Part shown: positions 31,051 through 42,186 of the stretch, one piece after another
Layout of the letters: each line of letters opens with the position of its first letter
Position numbering within the stretch: position 1 is the first letter of the stretch
Source of the DNA: Alphaproteobacteria bacterium
GTDB taxonomy: Bacteria > Pseudomonadota > Alphaproteobacteria > GCA-2731375
Direction: 5' to 3'
DNA: 64,000 bases
Assembly (NCBI GenBank): GCA_965225945.1
Contig: CBDDBZ010000034.1
Location: 64,001 to 128,000, forward strand
The notes under the pieces: model-generated
The model's input: only the letters and a program-made list of their open reading frames with translations
What the model was told of the DNA's origin: nothing
The model's database searches: none
Made by a program: the position numbers and the translations under genes

Positions 31051-32208
31051 CTATTCGACCAGAGCGGTCCGCATCCGCCCTTGCGCGTCGCCGACGGCGA
31101 CGTCGATCCCGAGGCTGATCTCGTCGGCGTCGATCGCCTCGAGCGCCGCCTCGGGTAGGGGGTCGACCACCGCGCCCTCGACCAGCACCGTGGTGCCACC
31201 GATCCGGATCTCGATCTCGTCCGGCCGGACCGGCTCCAGCGAGCCGCCGATCGCCGCCATGACGCGGCCCGGCGTATGGGGCGCGTCGACGAAGGGCGGG
31301 CGCTCCGCGAGGCAGCGGCGGACCAACAGAGAATGGGCCACCGAGCGGGCGATGCGGCGCGCCGAATCGACCGAGGCCGCGTTCCTGACCTCGATGTCGA
31401 GGAGCTTGCCCGCGCGCCGTCCGTCCCGGAGCAGTTCGCCGGACAGTTCCTCCAGCACCTCGCGCAAGCCCGAGGCCAGCGCGCCCTCGGCCACCGGGCC
31501 CGCCTTGCCGGTGGCGAAGCAGAGCAGGCTGTCGTTGGTCGAGGTCGTGTTGTCGACCGAGACGCAGTCGTAGGTCTCCGCCACCGCCGGGGCCAGCGCG
31601 GCCTGCAGCGCCGCCGCCTCGACGCCCGCATCGGTGAACAGGAAGGTGAGCGTCGTCGCCATGTTGGGGGCGATCATCGTCGCGCCCTTGGTGATCCCGA
31701 CCAGCCGGGCGCCGCCGGGAAGCACGCGGACCCGGGCCTTGGGCCACTGGTCGGTGGTCAGAATCGATCGCGCCGCCGCCCGGAAGTCGGCCGGTGCCAG
31801 CCGGCCCGCCATGTCCTCCAGCGCGGCCAGGTAGCGCGCTTCGTCGATTCGCTCCCCGATGCGCCCGGTGGAGCAGACGTAGACGCTCTCCCGCGCGATG
31901 GAGAGGGCCTGAGCGACCTGGGCCACGCTCGCCGCCACCAGTTCGAAGGCGCCGCTGCCGGTGAAGCAGTTGGCGTTGCCGGCGTTGACGATCAGCGCGC
32001 GGGGCGCGTCGCCCGCCTCGAGCCGCGCCCGGGTCCAGCGGACTGGTGCCGCCGGCGTGGTCGAGCGGGTCAGCGCGCCGGCGACCGTGGTGGTGGCCTC
32101 GAAGGCAATCAGCATCATATCGTCGCGCGCGAGGTAGCCGGTGCCGGAGGCGGCGGTCGCCAGCAGAACGCCGTCGAGCGGCGCGATTTCGGGCAGGCTG
32201 TCGGTCAC
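31051..32208 (-). CDS. Divergent ArgJ-like (ornithine acetyltransferase / Ntn-hydrolase fold) protein
   Basis: [44 protein letters not shown]; C-terminal ArgJ motifs altered or missing. Confidence 0.75.
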   Translation of the reverse strand: MTDSLPEIAPLDGVLLATAASGTGYLARDDMMLIAFEATTTVAGALTRSTTPAAPVRWTRARLEAGDAPRALIVNAGNANCFTGSGAFELVAASVAQVAQALSIARESVYVCSTGRIGERIDEARYLAALEDMAGRLAPADFRAAARSILTTDQWPKARVRVLPGGARLVGITKGATMIAPNMATTLTFLFTDAGVEAAALQAALAPAVAETYDCVSVDNTTSTNDSLLCFATGKAGPVAEGALASGLREVLEELSGELLRDGRRAGKLLDIEVRNAASVDSARRIARSVAHSLLVRRCLAERPPFVDAPHTPGRVMAAIGGSLEPVRPDEIEIRIGGTTVLVEGAVVDPLPEAALEAIDADEISLGIDVAVGDAQGRMRTALVE

Positions 32209-32409
32209 GGCGGAATTCTTTCCCTGGGTTGCATCGGCCCCGGCGGGCCACCCCTGAGTCTGCCCGACAGCGACGACGCTTGTCGCGGAAAAAGCGCGCG
32301 GCGATGCGTTCCACCAGCCGCGCCTCGGTTGACTTGGCCAGGGCCAGTCCGTATACACCGGCCGCGCGTCCGCTCGCTCGGGCGCCGACCGATTTTCGGG
32401 GTGAGAAGC

Positions 32410-32544
32410 GTGAAGCGGACCTTTCAACCGAGCAAACTGGTGCGCAAGCGGCGGCACGGCTTTCGCGCCCGCATGGCCACGGTCGCGGGCCGCCGGGTGA
32501 TCGCCAACCGTCGCTCCAAGGGGCGCAAGAAGCTGTCGGCCTGA
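32410..32544 (+). CDS. rpmH: 50S ribosomal protein L34
   Basis: [24 protein letters not shown]...KLSA. Confidence 0.98.
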   Translation: MKRTFQPSKLVRKRRHGFRARMATVAGRRVIANRRSKGRKKLSA

Positions 32545-32548
32545 GGTC

Positions 32549-32944
32549 ATGGCGGCGGCGCTCGCGCGCCTGAAGCGAAGGCGCGATTTCCTCCGCGTCC
32601 AGGCTCGTGGTCGCAAGGCGGCGATGCCGGGTCTGGTGCTGCAGGCGATGGCGCGGGACGGCGCGGGCGCGATCGACCCCGAGATCGTGCGCGTCGGTTT
32701 CACCGCCTCCAAGAAGGTCGGTAACGCGGTCCGGCGCAACCGGGCGAAACGGCGGCTCAAGGCTCTGGCCGAGGCGATGCTGCCGCTTTACGGGGCGCCG
32801 GGCCATGATTACGTGTTGATCTGTCGCGGCGGCACCGCGGCGCGGGACTTCGTGGCGCTCGGTGGGGACTTGCGACGCGCGCTCGAGCGCGTCCAGCGGG
32901 CGGGCGCCGGCGGCGCCAGGCGGGGAGGCGAAACATCCCGATGA
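32549..32944 (+). CDS. rnpA: Ribonuclease P protein component
   Basis: [30 protein letters not shown]; synteny. Confidence 0.96.
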   Translation: MAAALARLKRRRDFLRVQARGRKAAMPGLVLQAMARDGAGAIDPEIVRVGFTASKKVGNAVRRNRAKRRLKALAEAMLPLYGAPGHDYVLICRGGTAARDFVALGGDLRRALERVQRAGAGGARRGGETSR

Positions 32945-33168
32945 CGACGGCGCGCGTTCTCGGCCTTTTCATCAGGCTCTATCAATGGACCCTCTCACCG
33001 GTTCTGGGCATGTCCTGCAGATATCATCCGACCTGTTCGCAATACGCTCTCGACGCGTTGGCGGCGCACGGCGCGGGCCGGGGAAGCTGGCTCGCGTTTC
33101 GCCGGATTCTCCGCTGCAACCCCTGGGGTGGCGCCGGGCACGATCCGATCCCGCCCGGGACGAGGTGA
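32941..33168 (+). CDS. yidD: Membrane protein insertion efficiency factor
   Basis: [32 protein letters not shown]. Confidence 0.95.
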   Translation: MTTARVLGLFIRLYQWTLSPVLGMSCRYHPTCSQYALDALAAHGAGRGSWLAFRRILRCNPWGGAGHDPIPPGTR

Positions 33169-33181
33169 GAGGCGAGAGGTC

Positions 33182-34930
33182 ATGTCCGACCAGCGCAACC
33201 TGATCCTCGCGATCGCCCTTTCCGTCCTGGTGCTGCTCGGCTTCCAGTATTTCGCGCCGAAGATCGTCGAACAGCCGGAGCAGGTGGCGGGCGATCAGGC
33301 CCCGGCGCCGGCGGACGCCGAGGAGATACCCCGGGCGCCAGGCACCCCGATGCCCGAGAGCGCGGCCGGCGTGCCGGGCCCAAAGGCGCCGCAAATGGCG
33401 CTGGCGAAGCGCGAGGCCGCGCTCGGCAAGGTCGCGCGGGCGCCGATCACCAACGATCACCTGCAGGGCTCGGTCCCGCTCGTCGGTCGGCGGATCGACG
33501 ATCTGATCCTGACCGACTACAAGGAGACGCTGGACGAAGACAGCCCCCCGATCACGCTGTTCTCTCCGGTCGGTAGCGAGGCCGCCTATTACGCCGCCTT
33601 CGGCTGGTCGCCGGCCGACGAGACGGTCGGGGTGCCGGAGGACGACACCGTCTGGAAGGCGGAAGGCAGCGGGCTCGCGCCTGGCCGACCCCTGGTTTTG
33701 CGCTGGACCAACGCTTCCGGGCTTCGCTTCACCCGGCGCTACGAGGTCGACGAGAACTATCTCTTCACCATCACCCAGAGGGTCGAGAATACCGGCAAGG
33801 GCGCCGTCGCCCTCAGCCCCTGGGGCTACGTCAACCGGGCCGGCACGCCGGATACGCTCGGTTTCTATATCCTGCACGAGGGGCCGATCGGCGTGCTCGG
33901 CGGGCAGTTGCAGGAAATCGACTACGACGATCTCGTGGGCGAGCCGGCGGTCTCGCTGCCCTCGACCGGCGGCTGGATCGGCATCACCGACAAGTATTGG
34001 CTGGCGGCCCTGATCCCCGATCAGAACAGCCGCTTCACCGGCACCTTCCGGCACTACACGCACGACGGCGAGGACCGTTATCAGGCCAACTATCTCGGCG
34101 ACACCCAGACCTTGCAGCCGGGCGAGAGCACGGAGATCACCAACCGGCTGTTCGCCGGCGCCAAGCAGGTCAGGCTGATCGACACCTATGAAGAGCATTT
34201 CGGGATCGCGCTGTTCGACCGCGCCGTCGACTTCGGGATCTTCTATTATCTGACCAAGCCGCTGTTCTACGTGATCGACTTCTTCAACCGGCTGATCGGC
34301 AACTTCGGCGTCGCGATTCTGCTGCTGACCGTCTGCATCAAGATCGTGTTCTTTCCGCTGGCCAACAAATCCTACAAGTCGATGAGCCGGATGAAGGCGT
34401 TGCAGCCGGAGATGACGAAGCTGAAGGAGCGTTTCGGCGAGGATCGCCAGAAGCTCAATCAGGAGATGATGGCCCTCTACAAGAAGGAGAAGGTCAATCC
34501 CGCCGCCGGCTGCCTGCCGATCGTGCTCCAGATCCCGGTCTTCTTCGCCCTCTACAAGGTCCTCTTCGTCACCATCGAGATGCGCCACGCGCCGTTCTAT
34601 GGCTGGATCCACGACCTCTCCGCCGCCGACCCGACCACGCTGTTCAACCTCTTCGGCCTGATCCCCTTCGATCCCCCGCAGTTTCTGATGATCGGCATCT
34701 GGCCGCTTCTGATGGGGATCTCCATGTTCCTGCAGCAGAAGCTCAATCCCCAGCCGACCGACCCCATCCAGGCCAAGGTGTTCCTCTTCATGCCGCTCAT
34801 CTTCACCTTCATCCTGGCGCCGTTCCCGGCCGGGCTGGTGATCTACTGGACCTGGAACAACCTGCTGTCGATGACCCAGCAATACATCATCATGCGACGC
34901 ATGGGAGTGCCGATCGGCGGCAAGCGTTGA
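33182..34930 (+). CDS. yidC: Membrane protein insertase YidC
   Basis: DQRNLILAI, GNFGVAIL, KVNPAAGCLP, YWTWNNLLS. Confidence 0.97.
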   Translation: MSDQRNLILAIALSVLVLLGFQYFAPKIVEQPEQVAGDQAPAPADAEEIPRAPGTPMPESAAGVPGPKAPQMALAKREAALGKVARAPITNDHLQGSVPLVGRRIDDLILTDYKETLDEDSPPITLFSPVGSEAAYYAAFGWSPADETVGVPEDDTVWKAEGSGLAPGRPLVLRWTNASGLRFTRRYEVDENYLFTITQRVENTGKGAVALSPWGYVNRAGTPDTLGFYILHEGPIGVLGGQLQEIDYDDLVGEPAVSLPSTGGWIGITDKYWLAALIPDQNSRFTGTFRHYTHDGEDRYQANYLGDTQTLQPGESTEITNRLFAGAKQVRLIDTYEEHFGIALFDRAVDFGIFYYLTKPLFYVIDFFNRLIGNFGVAILLLTVCIKIVFFPLANKSYKSMSRMKALQPEMTKLKERFGEDRQKLNQEMMALYKKEKVNPAAGCLPIVLQIPVFFALYKVLFVTIEMRHAPFYGWIHDLSAADPTTLFNLFGLIPFDPPQFLMIGIWPLLMGISMFLQQKLNPQPTDPIQAKVFLFMPLIFTFILAPFPAGLVIYWTWNNLLSMTQQYIIMRRMGVPIGGKR

Positions 34931-34963
34931 GGCCCGACGTGAAAGCCCCCGAAGCCGGCCTGG

Positions 34964-35251
34964 CGGGTTCTTTGTCGCCACGCATGCGCGTGGCATGGCC
35001 CGGCCGCCGGGTTCTTTGTCGCCACGCATGCGCGTGGCATGGCCCGGCCAGCCCGCTCCCCCGCCCAACCACCCGAGCGTCCCGGCCGGGCCATGCCACT
35101 CCCGCCGGAGCTTCCCGGACCGGGCGGCGTGCCGGGGCTCCCGCTCATGGGTGGTTGGGCGGGGGAGCGGGAGGCCCGGCACGCCGCGCGAGCGGCGATT
35201 GTCAAAGACTCCGGAGGCCCGGCGGGCCGCGCGAGCGGCCATCGACAAAGA
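34964..35251. repeat. Complex direct/inverted repeat cluster between yidC and engB
   Basis: 42-bp tandem duplication (34964-35005, 35008-35049); 23-bp IR (35052-35074 / 35149-35171); further nested IRs. Confidence 0.8.
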
Positions 35252-35273
35252 GCGGCGGGGGAGAGGGCCGGTG

Positions 35274-35963
35274 ATGGCGCCGGCTCGTTCCGACACCGGG
35301 GCCACGCCGGCGGACGCGGCCGAGCTCGAGGCCGGCCGCCTGCTCTTCGCCCGGGAATGCCGCTTTCTCGCCGGCGCCGCGATCGCCGCGCAACTGCCCG
35401 CCGACAGCCTGCCCGAGATCGCCTTCGCCGGCCGCTCCAACGTCGGCAAATCGAGCCTGATCAACGCGCTGACCGGCCGCAACACGCTTGCGCGGACCTC
35501 GATCACGCCCGGCCGGACACGTCAGGTGAACTTCTTCGAGCTCGACCGCCGGCTGATGCTGGTGGACCTGCCGGGCTATGGCTATGCGCGCGCCTCCAAG
35601 GGTGAGATCAAGCGCTGGAACAGGCTGATCCACGACTATCTCAGGGGCCGCGTCAGCCTGCGGCGCGTGGTGCTGCTGATCGACGCGCGCCGGGGGTTGC
35701 GCGCGAGCGACGGCGAGGTGATGGACCGCCTGGACCAAGCCGCCGTGGTCTACCAGGCGGTGCTGACCAAGGTGGACAAGGCGCCGGCGGGCGAGCTGGA
35801 GGCGATCCAGGATGCCGTATCGCGCGAGCTCGCGCGCCGGCCCGCCGCCCACCCCGAAGTCCTCGCGACCAGCACCCGCGAAGGGCTCGGAATCGGCGAA
35901 CTGCGCGCCCGGCTCGCCGCGCTTTCGCTGGCCGATCCGCTGGGCTATAAGCCCGGCCCATGA
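35274..35963 (+). CDS. engB: Ribosome biogenesis GTPase YihA/YsxC
   Basis: [28 protein letters not shown]. Confidence 0.95.
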   Translation: MAPARSDTGATPADAAELEAGRLLFARECRFLAGAAIAAQLPADSLPEIAFAGRSNVGKSSLINALTGRNTLARTSITPGRTRQVNFFELDRRLMLVDLPGYGYARASKGEIKRWNRLIHDYLRGRVSLRRVVLLIDARRGLRASDGEVMDRLDQAAVVYQAVLTKVDKAPAGELEAIQDAVSRELARRPAAHPEVLATSTREGLGIGELRARLAALSLADPLGYKPGP

Positions 35964-36865
35964 GCGGACCGACACGCGACGAGGACGAGGCGCGGCGGAT
36001 CGCCCGGACATTGTCCGAGGCGTTGCCCTATCTCCGCCGTTTCGCCGGCGAGACTTTCGTCGTCAAATATGGCGGCCATGCCATGGGCTCGACCGATCTC
36101 GCCGCCCGCTTCGCCCGCGACGTGGCGCTGCTGGCGCAGGTCGGCATCAATCCCGTGGTGGTGCACGGCGGCGGCCCGCAGATCGGCCGGATGCTGGAGC
36201 GGCTGAAGATCCAGAGCAGCTTCGTCGAAGGCCTTCGCGTGACCGACGCGGCGACGGTGGAGATCGTCGAGATGGTGCTCTCGGGCTCCATCAACAAACA
36301 GGTGGTGGGCGCCATCAACCAGGCCGGCGGGCGGGCGATCGGCATCTCCGGCAAGGACGGCCGGTTGATCCAGGCCCGCAAGCTCGAACGCACGACGCGC
36401 GATCCCGACAGCGCCATCGAGAGAGTGCTCGATCTCGGCTTCGTGGGCGAACCGGCGCGCATCAACGCGGCCCTGCTGGCCGATCTCGCCCGGGTCGACA
36501 TCATCCCCGTGGTGGCGCCGATCGGGATCGGGCCGGCCGGCGAGACGTACAACATCAACGCCGACACCGCCGCCGGCGCCATCGCCGCCGAGCTGAAGGC
36601 GAGCAAGCTGCTGCTGCTGACCGACGTCGCGGGCGTGCTCGACGGCGAAGGCAATCTCTTGGGCGAGCTGACGCCGGAGGATGCGCGCCGGCTGATCGAG
36701 GACGGCACGATCGCCGGCGGCATGATCCCGAAGATCGAGACCTGTCTCGACGCCATGGCCGGCGGCGTCGAGGCGGCGCAGATCGTCGACGGCCGGGTCC
36801 CCCACGTGCTGCTGATCGAGCTCTTCACCGAAGCCGGCATCGGCACCAAGATCCACCGTTTTTGA
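35960..36865 (+). CDS. argB: Acetylglutamate kinase
   Basis: [30 protein letters not shown]. Confidence 0.97.
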   Translation: MSGPTRDEDEARRIARTLSEALPYLRRFAGETFVVKYGGHAMGSTDLAARFARDVALLAQVGINPVVVHGGGPQIGRMLERLKIQSSFVEGLRVTDAATVEIVEMVLSGSINKQVVGAINQAGGRAIGISGKDGRLIQARKLERTTRDPDSAIERVLDLGFVGEPARINAALLADLARVDIIPVVAPIGIGPAGETYNINADTAAGAIAAELKASKLLLLTDVAGVLDGEGNLLGELTPEDARRLIEDGTIAGGMIPKIETCLDAMAGGVEAAQIVDGRVPHVLLIELFTEAGIGTKIHRF

Positions 36866-36947
36866 ACCGCCCACCGGGCGTTTGTCGCCATCCCTCGGCA
36901 AGTACGCTAAGCTGTGGCGAGCTTCGTCAGCCTCCGAGGAGTCGATC

Positions 36948-37959
36948 GTGAACCATCAAGCCGACGCCACGACGCCGACCGCGGTCGGCGCCAAGGTCCG
37001 CTACATCAACGCGGAATGGCGGAACCGGGAGGACAGCCCGCGCATCGGCTCACGCGAGAGCCGGCGCGCCATGACCTCGTTCCAGGACGTGCTGGTGCAC
37101 GACGTCAGGGCCGAATTCCAGGCGGGCCAGATCGATCTCGACCGCCGACGCCACGACGCCGACCGCGGTCGGCGCCAAGGTCCGCTACATCAACGCGGAA
37201 TGGCGGAACCGGGAGGACAGCCCGCGCATCGGCTCACGCGAGAGCCGGCGCGCCATGACCTCGTTCCAGGACGTGCTGGTGCACGACGTCAGGGCCGAAT
37301 TCCAGGCGGGCCAGATCGATCTCGACCGCTCGGGCTTCACGCTGTGCGAGAACCTCACCGAATGCGGCGACTTCCGCGACGACGCGGTGATCGAGGCGCA
37401 ATACTATCCCGAGATGATCGACCTCGTCCGGCGGATGAGCGGCGCCGACCACGTCTTCGTCAGAGCGCACCTCGTACGCACCGAAATACCCACCGATTTC
37501 AACGACGGCTACGCGCGCTTCGTCCACTGCGACTACAACATCCGGCTGATCGAGGAATTGGCGCATGAATTGCTGGCGCGATACGACGTCGAGGCGAAGC
37601 CGAACTGGACTTACGCCTGGTACAACACCTGGCAGCCCTTCGATCATCAGGTGCAGAAAAATCCGCTCGCCGTGATCGACTGGCAAAGCCTGCCCCTCGA
37701 GGACGTGATCGACTACTATTATACTGGCCGCGGCCTCGACAGCCTGACCGCGGCGCCCGTCTACAGCCCCGACCATCGGTTCTGCTACTTCCCGGGGATG
37801 GAGACGACCGAGACACTGGTGATCAAGCAGCTCGACGCGCGGCCCGGCCGGGCGGCGTATTGCCCGCACACTTCCTTCGATCTGCCCGGCAGCGACGACT
37901 TGTTGCCCCGGCGCAGCATTGAAACTCGGTTCCTCGCCGTCTTCGAGGACGCCGCTTAA
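36948..37959 (+). pseudogene. CmcJ/NvfI-like oxidoreductase frameshifted by a 184-bp tandem duplication
   Basis: LDRSGFTL, YYPE, FVHCDY, NTWQP..NPLAVID, PHTSF, RRSIETR; 36960-37143 duplicated at 37144-37327. Confidence 0.75.
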
Positions 37960-39506
37960 AACACCAGCTCCACCAGGTAGGGACCTTCGGAGCGGAGGCC
38001 GGCGTCGAAGGCGCGCCGCAGGCCGTCCAGATCGTCGGCCCGGCTCGCCTCCACCCCCATGCCTCGGGCCATTTGGACCCAATCCAGGTCCGGCCGGTCG
38101 AGGCTCAGCATGTCGATCGCGCGGGGGCCGGGATTGCGGACACCGACGTTGGTGAGCTCGCCGCGCAGGATGTCGTAGCTGCGGTTGGCGAAGATCAGCA
38201 CGGTGATGTCGAGGTTCTCGCGCGCCATGGTCCAGAGCGACTGCGGCGTGTACATGGCGCTGCCGTCGCCGATGAAGGCCAGCACCTTGCGATCGGGACA
38301 GGCGATCTGGGCGCCGATCGCCACCGGCATGCCGTAGCCGATCGCGCCGCCCCGGTTGTTGAACCAGTCGTGCGGCGGCGCGCCGGCGGTGAAGGGGAAG
38401 AAGCCCCGGCCGGAGGTCACCGATTCGTCGACCACGATGGCGCCTTCCGGCAGCAGGGAACCGATCACCTGGGCGATACCGTCGAGCGTGACGGCGCCGC
38501 TGGGCGCCTCCGGCCGGCCCGCCGGCGCGACCTGGGCCGGCGGCCTCGTGTGGGCGTCGAGCTCGCCGGCCAACGCCTCCAAGGCAGCGACGATGTCGCG
38601 CTCCACGCCGGCGAGCTCCACCACCTCGCAAGCCTCGGGCGTCAGCGCGCTGGGCTTGCCGGGATAGGCGAAGAAGGCCACGGGCGCGCGGGCGCCGACC
38701 AGCACCAGTCGCTCGACCTCGCAGAGAACCGCCAAGGCGCGCTCGACGACATAGGGAATGCGCGCCACCTGGACCCGGCCCGCGCCCCGGGCGAGCCGAG
38801 TGTTCGAGCCCTCGCTCAACAGGCCGCAGCCGGTCGCCGCCGCGATTCGTCCCGCTAGCTCCAGCCCCCTTTCGCCGAGCGCCTGGCCACCGAGGAGGAG
38901 CGTCGCCTTGCCGCCGCTGGCGCGGAGCGCCTCGGCCGAGGCGCGCACGGCGTCCTCCGAGACCGCCTGGCGCGGCGCCGGCTCGCGCGCCGTCACCACA
39001 TTCGCGGCCTCGTTCCAAGCGCTATCGGCGGGCAGGATCAGGGTCGCGATCCGGCCGGGAGCCTGGCGCGCCGCCTCGATTGCCAGGGCCCCGTCGGCGG
39101 CGATGGTGGTCGCGTCGGGCGAGGTCTTCACCCAATGGGACATCGGCCGGGCCACGCCTTCGACGTCGGAGGTCAGCGGCGCATTATGCTGGATGTGGTG
39201 GACGGCGTGGTCGCCGACGATGTTGACGATGCCCGAATTCGCCTTCTTGGCGTTATGGAGGTTGGCCAGCCCGTTGGCGAGGCCGGGTCCCAGGTGCAGC
39301 AGGGTCGAGGCCGGCCGCTCGCGCATCCGGTAGTAGCCGTCGGCGGCGCCGGTGACCACGCCCTCGAAGAGGCCCAGGACGCAGCGCATTCCCGGCACAT
39401 GGTCGAGGGCGGCGACGAAATGCATCTCCGAGGTGCCCGGATTGGCGAAGCAGATGTCGATGCCGCCGGCGAGCAGCGTGCGGACCAGGCTTTCGGCGCC
39501 GTTCAT
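37956..39506 (-). CDS. Acetolactate synthase large-subunit-like TPP enzyme
   Basis: FANPGTSEMH, LHLGPGLANG, GDGSAMY TPP motif. Confidence 0.9.
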   Translation of the reverse strand: MNGAESLVRTLLAGGIDICFANPGTSEMHFVAALDHVPGMRCVLGLFEGVVTGAADGYYRMRERPASTLLHLGPGLANGLANLHNAKKANSGIVNIVGDHAVHHIQHNAPLTSDVEGVARPMSHWVKTSPDATTIAADGALAIEAARQAPGRIATLILPADSAWNEAANVVTAREPAPRQAVSEDAVRASAEALRASGGKATLLLGGQALGERGLELAGRIAAATGCGLLSEGSNTRLARGAGRVQVARIPYVVERALAVLCEVERLVLVGARAPVAFFAYPGKPSALTPEACEVVELAGVERDIVAALEALAGELDAHTRPPAQVAPAGRPEAPSGAVTLDGIAQVIGSLLPEGAIVVDESVTSGRGFFPFTAGAPPHDWFNNRGGAIGYGMPVAIGAQIACPDRKVLAFIGDGSAMYTPQSLWTMARENLDITVLIFANRSYDILRGELTNVGVRNPGPRAIDMLSLDRPDLDWVQMARGMGVEASRADDLDGLRRAFDAGLRSEGPYLVELVF

Positions 39507-39625
39507 GTCGCCCCCTCCCGTCTCGAGCAAGGCCGCCCGGCGAGGAGCGGCGAATCGTGTCCGGCATAACCGGCGGGGCGAGAAATGCCAAGCGACAAGG
39601 GACCGATTTCGACTACCCTGCCCGC

Positions 39626-40915
39626 ATGCACAGGCTGCTCTTTCTCGATCCGGGCCACTTTCACGCCGCGCTCACGCTTCGCGCGGCCAATCCCCGGGTC
39701 GCAGACGAGATCCATCTCCATGCGCCCGAGGGGCCGGAGAGCCAGGCCTTCGTCGATCTGGTGGAAGGCTTCAACGCCCGGGCCGACGCGCCGACGGCGT
39801 GGCGCTTGGAATGCCATCTCGGTGCGAATTCGCTTCACCGGTTGATCGAGGAGCGCCGCGGCGAGATCGTGATCCTGGCCGGACGCAACGATCGCAAACT
39901 CGCCACCATCCGCCGTCTGCGGGAGGCCGAATTCCACGTCCTGGCCGACAAGCCCTGGCTTACCGGGGCGGGGGCGCTGGGGGATCTTGCCGCTGCGACC
40001 ACGCCCGGCCGGCCGCTGGCGATGGACATCATGACCAGCCGGCACATGGCGCTGGCGCGCCTGCGCCGCGCGCTCGTCGGGCAATCGGAGCTGTTCGGCG
40101 CCTTCGAGGCCGGGGGGCCCGGGCCGGCGATCGAGCAGACCTCCCGCCATCACATCCACAAGCTGGTGAACGGCCAGCCGCTCCGCCGGCCGGACTGGTA
40201 TTTCGATTGCCGGGTCCAGGGCGACGGGCTGGTCGACATCCAATCGCACCTGGTCGATCAGGCGCAGTGGTTGATCGCGACGCTGCACGGCCCGGAGGCC
40301 GAACGCGACATCGAGGTGATCCGGGCCCGGCGGTGGCCGACGCCGGTCGGCCGCGAGCTCTACGCCGAGAGCACGGGCGTCGAGGACTATCCGGAGCTGC
40401 CGGCCGGCGTGGTGGTGGACGATGTCATCCAGCTCGCCTGTAACGGCGTGATCGAATATTCGATCGGCGGCGTGAGGGTGCGCCAGCGGGCCGAATGGGG
40501 CGCCCGCGAAGCGGAAGGCGGCGGCGACCAGCAGCACGCGGTGGCGCGCGGCAGCGGTGCGCAACTCGTCCTGCGCCAGGGGCCGGAGACCAACCACGCG
40601 GCGGAGCTGCATGTGGCATCGAGCGGGGCCCGAGATTTGGAATCCCGCCTGGCCGCCGCGGTCGCGGCGCTGGCCGCCGACTTTCCCGGCCTTTCGATGG
40701 CGCCCTCGGAGCTCGGCTTCCGGCTCACCGTCGCGCCCGGGCTCGACGGCGGCCACGAGAGCCACTTTCCCCTGGTGCTCGACGAATTCTTGGATCTCTT
40801 GGACGGATCGGGCGACGGCGCGGCGCTGGCGGCGCGGATCGGTGCGCGCTACGCCCTCCTCGCCCGGGCTCGAGAAATTGCCGAGGATATCCCCCCGCCG
40901 CCCGACGCGCCCTAG
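39626..40915 (+). CDS. Putative Gfo/Idh/MocA-like oxidoreductase
   Basis: LDPGHFHAAL, HVLADKPW, MDIMTSR, GLVDIQSHLVD, GHESHF. Confidence 0.75.
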   Translation: MHRLLFLDPGHFHAALTLRAANPRVADEIHLHAPEGPESQAFVDLVEGFNARADAPTAWRLECHLGANSLHRLIEERRGEIVILAGRNDRKLATIRRLREAEFHVLADKPWLTGAGALGDLAAATTPGRPLAMDIMTSRHMALARLRRALVGQSELFGAFEAGGPGPAIEQTSRHHIHKLVNGQPLRRPDWYFDCRVQGDGLVDIQSHLVDQAQWLIATLHGPEAERDIEVIRARRWPTPVGRELYAESTGVEDYPELPAGVVVDDVIQLACNGVIEYSIGGVRVRQRAEWGAREAEGGGDQQHAVARGSGAQLVLRQGPETNHAAELHVASSGARDLESRLAAAVAALAADFPGLSMAPSELGFRLTVAPGLDGGHESHFPLVLDEFLDLLDGSGDGAALAARIGARYALLARAREIAEDIPPPPDAP

Positions 40916-41520
40916 AGCCCCGTGAAGCAGTCCTTCGCGTCGCTCAGGTCTTCTTGCGCCTGTAGCGGAGCCGGCGTTTCTTCCGCTTGCCTTTCCGGAT
41001 CTTGGACGAACCGGGCGCCCTGTAGCGCCACCAGGCGATCTCGTTGACCGAGAAGATCGGCCGGTAGTGCCGGATCTTGGCGGCGTCGGCGACGATGGTG
41101 ATCTGGTTGTCGAGGATCAGCGACTTGCCGTTAACCTGGACCATCAGAATCGCGTGCGGCACCCTGAGGTTCATGTCCTGGACCACCAGGATCCGCATCT
41201 TGTCCTTCGGGAAGCCGATGGCGCGGAGCGAGAGATACTTGGCGATCGCGTAGTCCTCGCAGTCGCCGTTCTTGGCGAAGAACTGGGCGGGGGTGGCCCA
41301 ATAATCCTTCTTGCCCCAATTGACGGGATCGAGGATGTATCGGGACTTATTGTGGAAATTATTGATTTTATGTAACTACCCAGGTACCCCGCTCTTGACC
41401 GCGAGAGGATGATGTAGGTGGTCGCCGGGGCCGGGTTTCCGCCGCCGCGTCGTTGATCGTCTCTTGACTCCATAGAATCGGGCGTCTATGGGTTGCGCTC
41501 TCGTGTGACGGGAGCGGCGC

Positions 41521-42186
41521 GTGGAATATTTTGGGTCGAAGGCGACGAGCGGTCTGTGCCAGGCGCTGATTGCGCTGATGCCGCCGCACAGCGTTTACAT
41601 CGAGAGCCACCTGGGGGGCGGTGCGCTGATGAAGCGCAAGCCAACGGGCGTGCGCTCGATCGGCATCGACCGCGATGCGCAGGCGCTCGAGGCCTTTGCC
41701 TGTGACTACCCGGTCGAGTTGGTGCATGGCTGTGCCCATGCCTTTTTGGCCTCGTTCCCGTTTCTGGGCCCGGAGCTGGTCTACAGCGATCCCCCCTATC
41801 TGCACGCGACCCGCCGTTCGGCACGGCGCTATCGCTTCGACTACGAGGAGGTCGACCATGTCGCGCTCCTGGACCTGCTCAAGGATCTGCCCTGCCAGGT
41901 GATGGTCTCGGGCCATCCCTCGGCGCTCTATGACGAGATGCTGGCGGGCTGGCGCAGTCTGGCGCTGCAGGTGACGACCCAGGCCCAGGTGCGGACCGAG
42001 GTCGTGTGGTTCAACTTCGCGCCCGACCGGGTGCATTGGGCGAGCTACGCAGGCCGGAACTTCACCGACCGCCAGCGCATCAAGCGTAAGGCGGCCAACT
42101 GGGGCCGGCGTTACAAGGCCTTGCCGGCGGGCGAACGCCTCGCGGTGCTGGCCGCCATGATGGCCGTCGATGCCGAGGACCCGTGA
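41521..42186 (+). CDS. Compact Dam-like (D12 class) N6-adenine DNA methyltransferase
   Basis: YFGSK (motif X), YIESHLGGGA (I), IGIDRD (II), VYSDPPY (IV), VMVSG, EVVWFNF. Confidence 0.85.
   Translation: MEYFGSKATSGLCQALIALMPPHSVYIESHLGGGALMKRKPTGVRSIGIDRDAQALEAFACDYPVELVHGCAHAFLASFPFLGPELVYSDPPYLHATRRSARRYRFDYEEVDHVALLDLLKDLPCQVMVSGHPSALYDEMLAGWRSLALQVTTQAQVRTEVVWFNFAPDRVHWASYAGRNFTDRQRIKRKAANWGRRYKALPAGERLAVLAAMMAVDAEDP

Noticed and set aside
32209-32760. Long N-terminal extension of the ArgJ-like ORF
   Set aside because: It is antisense to rpmH and rnpA, a GC-rich open-frame artefact.
32972-35506. 844-aa antisense ORF and many similar Arg/Pro/Gly-rich ORFs
   Set aside because: Shadow ORFs of real genes caused by high GC and codon bias; no recognisable domains.
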